Shown: in pieces, positions 44,038 through 52,403 of the stretch
Layout: every line of letters begins with the position of its first letter
Position numbering within the stretch: the stretch's first letter is position 1
Assembly (NCBI GenBank): GCA_964482035.1
Contig: CAYZVC010000001.1
Location: forward strand, 337,874 to 401,873
Direction: 5' to 3'
From: an uncultured Candidatus Peribacteria bacterium
Lineage (GTDB): Bacteria > Patescibacteriota > Gracilibacteria > BD1-5 > UBA2023
DNA length: 64,000 bases
Made by a program: the position numbers and the translations under genes
Notes under the pieces: model-generated
Seen by the model: only the letters and a program-made list of their open reading frames with translations
Databases searched by the model: none
What the model was told of the DNA's origin: nothing

Positions 44038-45954
44038 ATGAAAGTCCATGCCGTTTCCGAAGCTGCAAACGACGAGATGTTCCAAGCGGAGAAGCTTCGG
44101 GCGAACGGTGCTTCGTCGTCCGTTCGAACGGAGTCGACTTCCGCGCGGGTATCGATCCGTCCGGGTACTCCGGAATACGATGCGTACCGCAAAGAAGCTG
44201 CGAAGCACGGCATCCACGTAGCGGAATCCAAGCCCGCCACGGCCGCGAAGTCCGCGGACTCGGTACCGCATAAGCCTTCCGAACCTATCGATCTCGCCGC
44301 TGAGCGTCTCGCGCGTTCGACGCAAAAAATCGAGGGGGCCCGCCAGCTGGCCGAACAGCGCCTTCTTTCCGGCGAACCCGTTTTCGTCAAGCGCACGAAC
44401 GGAGAAATTTCCGTAGGCCGCGTGACGAGAATCGGGGAAGACGGACGTATCGACGTCGCGTTTTCCGGAAAAAACGGCGCTTCGCTCCATAAGACGCTCG
44501 ACCCTCTCGAATTCCGCCGTCTTAATGATCCCGAAGTCCGTCTCGCTCCGGAAATTGGCAGAGATCAAATCCGTATGCGCGATCGTATGATGGCCTCCGC
44601 CGAGCGTACCGGCCAAAGCGTCGAGGCGGCTTCTTCGGAAGTCTTCCGCAATGCGGCTCTCGGTCCCGTCGAACGCGTGGCGTCCGCTTCCGTGGAACTC
44701 AAACTTGGCCGCGAGCTTTCGCAAACCGAAGCATCGGCGCTTTTGAAGGCCCATTCCGTAAAAGCGGAAGGGGAGTCGGCGTTCAATTTCGGAACGAAAA
44801 GCCTTGGCAAGAAAATGAAGATCCTCCAGGAAGAAGGCGGTTTTACGAACGACCAAGCGAAAACCCTCGTACGGAAGGGGTATGCCGGTGAGGTCCCGGT
44901 TTCTGCAGAACGCGTAACCGAAATCAAGAAGCTCGTAAAGTCTTGAGATTACGCCTCCCAATCGGAATTCCTTACGAAATCGAGCCCCCAGGAGATTGGC
45001 CACGCGTTCAATAACGGCCTTACCGACTACGCCGCTGATGCTTTCGAACCCGAATTCCTTCACGCTGCCGACCGTGCCGTAACGCTCTTCGAGAAGAATT
45101 CATCGAACGTCGCGGGCGTCTCTAAGGAATTGAGAGCGCTCGTCGACGGATTGCCGGCTTCCGTACCGGCGGACCAAAAGAAGCTTCTTTCCGGAATGGT
45201 CGACCGGATGACCGCCGTCGGCGGAACTTCTTTCAAGGAATCCTTTGCGAAGGCGGCGTCGTGAACGGAACTCCAGTCAATCGTACGATCGTTGCCGGAA
45301 TCCGTATCGATGCGCGAATGAATGGATGCGTTCCGCGAAGCGGTCTCGAAACTCGGCGCGAAATGAGCAGCTTGAGCCGACGTCGCGCACGCGATAGACG
45401 CGTTCGCTCAGAAATTCCCCGCTTCCGCGAAAGAGTCCGCGATGCTCATGGTCGAAAGGGTTTCGCCCGAACATTGGAAGAACGCAACCGTTTTCAAATC
45501 CGAACTCGGTTTCAGCGTGAGCGGCGACGAATTTCGCCCCATGCTGAAAAAGCTCGCGCGCGAAAATCCTGAAAAAGTTACCGCTATCGCGAACGGCGTC
45601 GGAACCGAAGGGAACTTCCAACTCAAATGACTGGAGAAAGCGGCCGCAATGGAGAAGCCTTTCAACTTGAACGCGTTCCGCGATTCCTTTGTTGCGGCTT
45701 CGCCTACCGACCGCCTTTCGATGCTTCTTTGAGAACATCCGGATACCCGTCTATTAAGCGTAAAGGAAATTTCCGAGCGCTTGGGACCCGATAATATGGA
45801 AAGATTTTTCCATATGGATGATTTGCAGACCTTGATCGCGAAATCGCATTCCCAGCCGGATTTGGCGGATAAGGTGAAAAGGCTTCTCAATCACTACGGC
45901 CGTGACGAATCCTGATTTACGAAGGAATTTCTCGCGACCCACGGAACGGACTAA
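44038..45954 (+). CDS. large hypothetical protein (638 aa)
   Basis: Track ORFs 44038 and 45442 are in frame. The stretch between them was checked codon by codon. 8 TGA. TAA at 45952. Confidence 0.6.
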
Positions 45955-45963
45955 CCGCACACG

Positions 45964-45991
45964 AAAAAGCCCCCGTCATGCGGGGGCTTTT
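45964..45991. terminator. bidirectional terminator
   Basis: aaaagcccccg-tcat-gcgggggctttt hairpin between convergent genes. Confidence 0.7.
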
Positions 45992-46002
45992 CTATCTAAC
46001 CG

Positions 46003-47247
46003 TTACTTTGCGATCGGATTTACGAAATCCGATGCGGTAAGCACTTGGGCGGTTTCGGTGGCCGCATTTGTTCAGTTCGAGGCTTTTACCTGGTTTCCGA
46101 GCGCCTCGTAGTCCGTTCTGGAATAGATCAGTACCCCGGTGTCGGCTATGAGGCTCACGACTTCTTTGATTTCCGCGAACCAACCGATGAACATGTCGAC
46201 GTTTTCATTCAGGTTCTTCATGACGTTTATTTCCAAAAAGGAACCGGTCAGGAATTTCTTCACGTACAGCGTCTCGTAGTCGAACATGAATTCGTACTTG
46301 CCCTTGGTTTTCGTAACGAAGTTCACTAACCTGTCCATGAAAGCCGGGGTCAATACCCTTCTCGACATGATTTGGTCTTCGCATTTCACGTCGAAAAGTT
46401 TTTCGAAAGCTACGTTTTCGAGCTTCACTCGGTTGTTATTGGCGATCCATCTCGCGATATGCCACGTTACCGTTCCTACGACGAGTGCCGCCGCAATGGA
46501 CGCGTAGAATGGGTTTTCAAGGGAGGCGAACGCCCTGCCTACCGCTCCTTCTCCATGAGCGAAGAACATGGTAACCACCGCTGGTCCGAGAAAACTCGCG
46601 ATTTGAACGGCGACGGAATCGGCCATGTCGCCTTTGATGGTGATGCGTTTGGCGATTTTGAACCGGGTTTCCGGATATTCTCCCTTCAGGAGGAAACACT
46701 GGTTCGTCGTTACCCGACGACGGTTTTTTCCGGAGCCCCGCATTTCGGACGTTCGAAGTTCCATTCCCCGGACGTCGATGGATTTCCCGTCTTTTTCGTG
46801 GATGAAATGAAAACTGTCTTCCTCGGCGTCTACGCGGTCGTACGAACTGAGGAAGCCGTCGTATACCAGCGTCGTGAAGTCGAACGAGTATTCCTTTCCG
46901 GTCGAATAGCTGGAATTCTTTTCCATGAGCTTTAAGAATTCCGATATGACCGTGCTCTTCACTTTCGTTTCGGCTTCGCCCTTGAACGTCGCGAAAAGGA
47001 TGGCAGTGAATATGAAAAATACGATGAGCGCTACGAAAATCGCTTCGATCCCGTACGCCGCCACGATGGCGCCGCAGACGACGACGGTAGCGGCGAGGTA
47101 GATTCCGATTTTCTTCTTTCTCGACTCTTCCGCGTTCTCGAGCGCGGTTTTTACTTCTGCTGAATCCAGAATCGTTGCGATTCCCTGTGATTCGTTCGCA
47201 TCGAAGCCCTTCGCTTGCGCGGCGAGCATGATTTCGTTTTGGAGCAT
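46003..47247 (-). CDS. DUF3137-like membrane protein (paralog A)
   Basis: Track ORF 46072-47247 plus 23 codons after a single TGA. Shares about 80 percent nucleotide identity by eye with paralog B over roughly 150 nt (46290-46430 vs 48130-48260). LemA-adjacent context. Confidence 0.65.
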
Positions 47248-47259
47248 GTTTCGAAAAGG

Positions 47260-47286
47260 AAAAAGGCCCTTTCGTGGGAAAGGGCC
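47260..47286 (-). terminator. hairpin plus T-run between lemA and paralog A
   Basis: ggccctttc-gtgg-gaaagggcc, followed by TTTTT on the minus strand. Confidence 0.45.
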
Positions 47287-47294
47287 GGTTTCTA

Positions 47295-47858
47295 TTAATT
47301 ATTGAAGAGCTGCTTCGCGTCCGGGCGGTAGGTTTTCGCCGCTTCGTCGGCTTCGTACATCGGGTAAGCCGGAACGGTCATCATGCCCGCTACGATATTC
47401 GAAGGGAACATTTCTTTCTTATTCTGAAGTTCTTTCGCTGCGGCGTTGTACGCGCGGCGTGCGCCAAGGAGGTTGTCTTCGATTTCGGACCACTGCGCCT
47501 GGAGTTCGAGGAAGTTGGCGGACGCCTTGAGATCCGGGTAGTTCTCGGCGATGGCGAAGATGGACTTCATGCCGGAGTAGAGGGCGTTTTCCTGTTCGAA
47601 ACGCTCCGGCGAGGCATCGTGGTTCGTAAGGAGCTTCGAGCGGAGTTCAGTTACCTTGGTGAGGGTTCCGGCTTCGTGCGCCGCGTACTGTTTGACGACT
47701 TCTACGAGGTTGGGGATGAGGTCGTAGCGCTTCTGGAGTACGGTGTCGATAGCGGAAAAGGATTCCGCGGCGTTGTTCTTGGCACCTACGATTCCGTTGT
47801 AGATTCCGATGAAAACGAGCGCCACGCAAGCGACGACGGCGAGAATGATGAGGGACAT
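47295..47858 (-). CDS. lemA: LemA-family protein
   Basis: N-terminal TM helix, then RYDLIPNLVEVVKQYAAHE...NYPDLKASANFLELQ...ARRAYNAA, typical of LemA. Confidence 0.9.
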   Translation of the reverse strand: MSLIILAVVACVALVFIGIYNGIVGAKNNAAESFSAIDTVLQKRYDLIPNLVEVVKQYAAHEAGTLTKVTELRSKLLTNHDASPERFEQENALYSGMKSIFAIAENYPDLKASANFLELQAQWSEIEDNLLGARRAYNAAAKELQNKKEMFPSNIVAGMMTVPAYPMYEADEAAKTYRPDAKQLFNN

Positions 47859-47917
47859 TCTTGAAAGGATTGGGATAAGTGGGGTGAATATACCACTGAG
47901 GGTAGGTTATGACAAAT

Positions 47918-49144
47918 TTAGCACGTCTCGGAATCGTCCGAGTCCGCTCCGTAATCCGTACGCGAGAAAACGAGCACTCCCGTGTCGGTGATGAGGCTGA
48001 CGATTTCCTTGATTTCCAAATACCATTTGAGAAACATTTCCACGTTTCATTTTACGTTCCTCGTTCCGTCTATTTCAAGAAATTCGCTATCCAATTTTTT
48101 CTTTACGTAGAGCGCGTTTCCTTCGAACATGAATTCGTATTTGCCTTTGGTTTTCTTTACGAAATCCACAAGTCTGTCCATGAAGGCAGGTGTGAGAACC
48201 CTTCTCGACATGATTTGGTCATCGCAGCGAACGTCGAATAATTTTTCGAATTCCACATTTTCGAGTTTGATTCTTTTTCGATCCAGTACGAATTTCACGA
48301 TATTCCAGACAAGCAGTCAGATTGCCGTTCCGACCATGGCGCCGGCGATTCTCGGATATGCCAATCATGCGTACAGATCCGGAAGGGCCCCTTCTCAAAC
48401 GGAGGTCAGGCAGCCGAAGAGCGCGATTGTGAGTATGACCGAGTATTTGAGCTTCGCGGAATCGGCATAGTCGACCTTTACCGTTACCGCCGAGCCTATC
48501 GCGAATTTCGTCTCAGGATACTCGCCCCTGAGCAAATAGCAGTGGTTCGTTACCCGTTCGCGCGAGTTATGTTTCTTCCCTCTCCCGATTTGAACCGTTT
48601 TCAATTCGAATCACCGCACGTTTATCGTTTTCCCGTCTTTCGAATGGACGAACTCGAAGCTGTCCTCCTTCTTGGTTACTTTCGAGTACGTTTCGATGAA
48701 CCCCTTCATGGCGAGTGCCCGGTAGTCGAAACCGTAATCGAATTCTGCGGAATATTTCGCACCCTCGCGTAGCAGTCCTACGAATTTCGAAACGATTTCC
48801 GTTTTTGCCGCTTTCTCCGCTTTCTTTGGAAAATATTTGAAGTAGAAGCGCGTAAGGAGGAAAAGAACGACCGTCGCTATGACGACTCAGTCTTTCCAAT
48901 CCGTCGGACGTTCGACTCCGTTGACGGTCACCGTGGATCCTCCGTCAGCGAATCACGTGATGACGATCCCGTAGATCGCGGCTACCATGGCCAGATATCC
49001 CGCTATCTTGATCATTCTCCATTTTTCCGCATGTCGAACCGCTTCGGTCGCTTGTTGGGACGTGAGTATTTCGGCAATGCTTCGCGACTCGTTTTCATCG
49101 AGTCATTTTGAGAGGGCTCTTGATTGGATTTCCTCGAAGTTCAT
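47918..49144 (-). CDS. DUF3137-like membrane protein (paralog B)
   Basis: ATG 49144 to TAA 47918 (408 aa, 8 TGA), in frame with track ORFs 48047 and 48395. Collinear with paralog A (..EDSFEFVHSKDGKTINVR-G-FEL.., KLFDVRCDDQIMSRRVLTPAFMDRL). Confidence 0.65.
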
Positions 49145-49339
49145 GCTTCCACGGGTCATTCGCGACGCTTCGCGACGGATATTGCGCATATACGGTAGCA
49201 TATTGCCGTCTTTCGGGCAATTTGGAAGATGGCGTTATCGTTACGGCTTCGTGCGTGGAGACCGGACGACGAATTGACATTTGCGAATATACAATTATTG
49301 TCTATTCCAACACAAACAAATTCGAATTGGGAGTCATGA

Positions 49340-50218
49340 ATGCGTAACCTCTTTTCGGGATTCCTTGAGGAATTCTCCAATACGGGTACGTGGGAAAAGT
49401 GGGCGTTCGGAATTACTCTCGCATCCTACGCCCCGCTCATTATCGGGGCAGGGGACATCGTACTTCTGCCGTTCATTTACTGGGTCGTCCTCGCGGTCGC
49501 GGTCATCCGCGTCCTAAAATTCCATGGCCTGCCGTACTTGATCATGTTCGGCTACATCGTTGGCGACTGCGTCGTCATAATCACGGGATTTTCCCTCGGT
49601 GGCAGCGTATCTTTGTTTTCTACGAGAAACGAGCTCATCCTTCTTTCCTTAGGATTTGCGGTATTCGTTTCCTCGTGGTGTTACTTGGAAGTGACGGGGA
49701 AATCAGGTTGGGTTTCGCAAGCCGTAAACGCCGTCGCTCTGCAAATTTCCTACGTTCCGCTTTTCCAGGCATACGCAGGACCCGAAGTTTCGTATCTGGG
49801 GGCGATAGGAATCGGAATAGCGAACGCGGCGATGTTCGTACAATTGTTCCTAGCGGCCGACTTCGTAGGCGAATGCCGCAAGAACGTAAGAAAAGCGGTG
49901 ACCGATAACGTCATCTGGATCGTCGGTATCGTCAATTCGTCCACTGCGGCGATGTTGATGTCATTCTGACAGAAAACGAAATCCCCCGGCTTAGGCTGGG
50001 GGATTTTCATTACAGTCCCAGTAGGAGTCTTTTCTCGTTTCTTCGAAACTCGAAACGCCTTGCCTAAAAAGCCAAATCTTTGGCTTTTTACCGAATCGCC
50101 GCTTCACGGACAATTCGGAAGGCTGCGGTTTCGACTCCTACTGTTGCAAGTTATCGTAAAAAATAAAACTCCTCCACTTACGCGGAGGAGTTCTTATTTT
50201 TCATGGCAGCCCCAGTAG
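49340..50218 (+). CDS. multi-pass membrane protein; conserved-looking part ends at TGA 49967, formal table-25 ORF runs on to TAG 50216
   Basis: 209-codon hydrophobic ORF with no internal TGA. After TGA 49967-49969 there is no TAA/TAG for 82 further sense codons, across three hairpins and into the tRNA-Trp gene. Confidence 0.5.
49979..50007. terminator. rho-independent terminator
   Basis: aaatccccc-ggcttaggct-gggggattt(t), 9 nt after TGA 49967-49969. Confidence 0.7.
50013..50029 (-). repeat. direct copy of the tRNA-Trp 3-prime end
   Basis: cagtcccagtaggagtc vs cagccccagtaggagtc at 50207-50223 (16 of 17 identical). Confidence 0.5.
50066..50089. terminator. terminator-like perfect hairpin
   Basis: aaaaagccaaa-tc-tttggcttttt. 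Confidence 0.45.
50133..50143 (+). repeat. inverted copy of the tRNA-Trp T-arm/acceptor segment
   Basis: gactcctactg is the reverse complement of 50019-50029 and of 50213-50223. The surrounding ggtttcgactcctactgttgca resembles GGTTCGACTCCTACTGGGGCTGCCA. Confidence 0.4.
50167..50192 (-). terminator. terminator downstream of tRNA-Trp
   Basis: aactcctcc-acttacgc-ggaggagtt, flanked by an A-run and a T-run. Confidence 0.6.
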
Positions 50219-50278
50219 GAGTCGAACCTACCCCGAAGGATTTGGAGTCCTTAATTCTAGCCGATAAACTATGGGGCT
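50204..50278 (-). tRNA. trnW: tRNA-Trp (anticodon CCA), CCA end encoded
   Basis: Minus strand: AGCCCCA-TA-GTTT-ATCGGCTA-GAAT-T-AAGGA-CTCCAAA-TCCTT-CGGG-GTAGG-TTCGACT-CCTAC-TGGGGCT-G-CCA. Clean acceptor, anticodon and T arms. Confidence 0.85.
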
Positions 50279-50316
50279 ATGAACGGGAAGGAGGTAACCC
50301 CTTCACCGTCTATTCA

Positions 50317-51105
50317 TTAGATGGAGAACTTCTGGAACGAAACGACGTTGCCAGCACCGATGAAGTCGCGGACCTTCTGATCCGGATTCACTACGAACGG
50401 CTGGGTTTCGAGAGCGTTTTCTTCCTTGAGCTTAGCCATCTTTCCTTCGATGATCTTCGAGAGGATGTCGGCCGGCTTTCCGGCGTTCTTCGGGTCTTCC
50501 TGCATCTGGGCGAGGGCGATTTCACGTTCCTTCGCTACGAATTCGGCGTCTACGTCGTCCGGGCGGCAAACCTGCGGCTGGGAAGCTACGACGTGCATAG
50601 CTACGAGCTTGAGGTTGTCGGCGTCGGTTCCGGCCTTCGCTACGACGAGAGCGCCGTTCTTGAAGTTGGAGTGGACGTAGGAAGCGAGAACTTCGCCTTC
50701 GACCTTGGTGAGGGTCTTGATAACGAGGTTTTCACCCACCTTGAGGGTGTATTCGGAAGCCTTGATGGCTTCTGCTTTTTCGAGTGCTTCGGCGTCGGTA
50801 GCGGAGTCCTTGCGAATCGCGATGAACTGCGAGAGCATTTCTTCGAAAGTTTCGTTGCGGGCGACGAAGTCGGTTTCGCAGGTGACGACCACTACGTAAG
50901 CGGAAGTTCCTTCTACGACGATCTTGATCTTGCCTTCGGAGGTTTCGTTTCCGGCGCGCTTGGCGGCCTTGGCGATACCCTTTTTGCGGAGGACTTCGAT
51001 GGCTGCTTCGATGTCTCCGTCGGTTTCGACGAGGGCGTTCTTGCAGTCTCCCATTCCTACGCCGGTGCGGTCGCGGAGTTCCTTGACCATCTGTGCGGTA
51101 ACCAT
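50317..51105 (-). CDS. tsf: translation elongation factor Ts
   Basis: MVTAQMVKELRDRTGVGMGDCKNALVETDGDIEAAIEVLRKKG..., no TGA. Confidence 0.95.
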   Translation of the reverse strand: MVTAQMVKELRDRTGVGMGDCKNALVETDGDIEAAIEVLRKKGIAKAAKRAGNETSEGKIKIVVEGTSAYVVVVTCETDFVARNETFEEMLSQFIAIRKDSATDAEALEKAEAIKASEYTLKVGENLVIKTLTKVEGEVLASYVHSNFKNGALVVAKAGTDADNLKLVAMHVVASQPQVCRPDDVDAEFVAKEREIALAQMQEDPKNAGKPADILSKIIEGKMAKLKEENALETQPFVVNPDQKVRDFIGAGNVVSFQKFSI

Positions 51106-51124
51106 GTGGTTTGCTGTTTAGGTA

Positions 51125-51454
51125 TTAATTGGAGTTCTTATTTACGGCTTCTATGATCGCTTCCACGAAATCCGGGAGGTACTTTTCGCCATTGAAGGCC
51201 TTATACGCCGAGAATGCGGCGAGAACGAAGTAGAAGAACCAGAGAAGCGCTCATGCCACGAGCGACACGAGGAAGGTGACGACGAAGTACGAAGCGCCCA
51301 CGCGAACGTGGAACGCTACGAAATCTTCGCGGCCCTTGTCGAGGAAGTAGGGAAGGAAGAATCCCAAAGGGAAGTAGCAGACCGCGCCAAGGACGCGTTC
51401 GTCCTTGGGCGGGAGGTTGCTCTCTTCGAATACGTCTTCGTTTCCGGTCGTCAT
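51125..51454 (-). CDS. small membrane protein (DUF4870-like)
   Basis: ERVLGAVCYFPLGFFLPYFLDK... continues through one TGA to TAA 51125. 109 aa. Confidence 0.55.
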
Positions 51455-51466
51455 GTTCCGAGGGGA

Positions 51467-52225
51467 TTATTCTTCGGATGCTTCGGTTTCGGTGGCTTCT
51501 CCGTTCTTCGGAGCGATGCGTTCGGTCTTGAAGATGTTTTCCTTCTTAGCGCGGAAGAGTGCCGGCTTGAGGTATTCGAGAACGAACTTGAGGGACTTGA
51601 TGGAGTTGACGTTGCACGGAACGAAGTCGGTGGTGTTGTCGATGTCGCCGGTGGAACCGAGGAGCGCGTAGGTCGGGAGGCGGAGCTTGTTAGCTTCGGC
51701 GAGAGCGAGACCTTCGTAGTATCCGTCTACGACGAATACGGCGTCCGGGGTGCGCTTGAGGTCCTTGATACCTTCGTATGCCTTGCGGAGTTTGTCGAGT
51801 TCCTTGAGCTTCTGGGACTTTTCCTTCTTGGTGAGAGTGTCGAGAGCGCCGTCTTCGAGATCCTTTTCGATCTTGTTGTAGGTGGCGATGCGACGCTTGA
51901 TGGTCGGGAAGTTGGTGAGGAGGCCCGGTACCCACTTGCTGTCGATGTAGTAGCAGTTGGTTGCGGTAGCGACTTCTTTGACGAGTTCGCGTGCCTGGAG
52001 CTTGGTACCTACGATGAGGACCGATTTGCCCTTGGAGGAAAGGTCAGCGAGAGCCGCCTTAACCGCTTCGAGGCGGGTTGCGGTCTTCGAAAGGTCGAAG
52101 ACGTGGGTGTGGTTCTGTACGCCGTAGATGTAGTCGCGCATCTTAGCGGACCAGTACTGGCGCTTGTGGCCGATGTGCACCGCGTTTGCGAGCATATCCT
52201 TAACGAGGGCGGTGTTTGCCGTCAT
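51467..52225 (-). CDS. rpsB: 30S ribosomal protein S2
   Basis: LANAVHIGHKRQYWSAKMRDYIYG...VLIVGTK...PDAVFVVD, no TGA. Confidence 0.95.
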   Translation of the reverse strand: MTANTALVKDMLANAVHIGHKRQYWSAKMRDYIYGVQNHTHVFDLSKTATRLEAVKAALADLSSKGKSVLIVGTKLQARELVKEVATATNCYYIDSKWVPGLLTNFPTIKRRIATYNKIEKDLEDGALDTLTKKEKSQKLKELDKLRKAYEGIKDLKRTPDAVFVVDGYYEGLALAEANKLRLPTYALLGSTGDIDNTTDFVPCNVNSIKSLKFVLEYLKPALFRAKKENIFKTERIAPKNGEATETEASEE

Positions 52226-52313
52226 ATGGAGAAAAAAGGTAATCCTTAAAATGGAGTCTCGTGACGGGCTTGAGGAATGCGGTAACCCGCATCAGGACAA
52301 GCCGTTTAATGTC

Positions 52314-52356
52314 AAAAAAACCCGGTCTCCTCTTCTTATTCCGAAGGGAAACCGGG
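52314..52356 (-). terminator. terminator after the M4 protease gene
   Basis: Minus strand: CCCGGT...(TTCC-CTTC-GGAA inner hairpin)...ACCGGG followed by TTTTTTT. Confidence 0.45.
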
Positions 52357-52403
52357 GAGATTATATGCGGATTTTCCTATCTGCAAGCGGAAATACCGAC
52401 TTT

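Noticed and set aside
48905-48925. T-loop-like GTTCGACTCC string suggesting another tRNA fragment or att site.
   Set aside because: It lies inside the DUF3137-like paralog B coding frame, has no flanking stems, and matches the tRNA-Trp repeat only over the generic TTCGACTCC core.
50204-50278. UGA=Trp (table 4) as the alternative code.
   Set aside because: The TGA positions correspond to invariant Gly in P-loops, EGFG, MCGI, HRG and HhH motifs. The tRNA-Trp present has anticodon CCA, which cannot read UGA.
46003-50278. Calling the lemA/DUF3137/membrane-protein block an integrated island at tRNA-Trp.
   Set aside because: No integrase, no recombinase and no distal att repeat were found in the window. 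Only the short local repeat copies next to the tRNA are supported.
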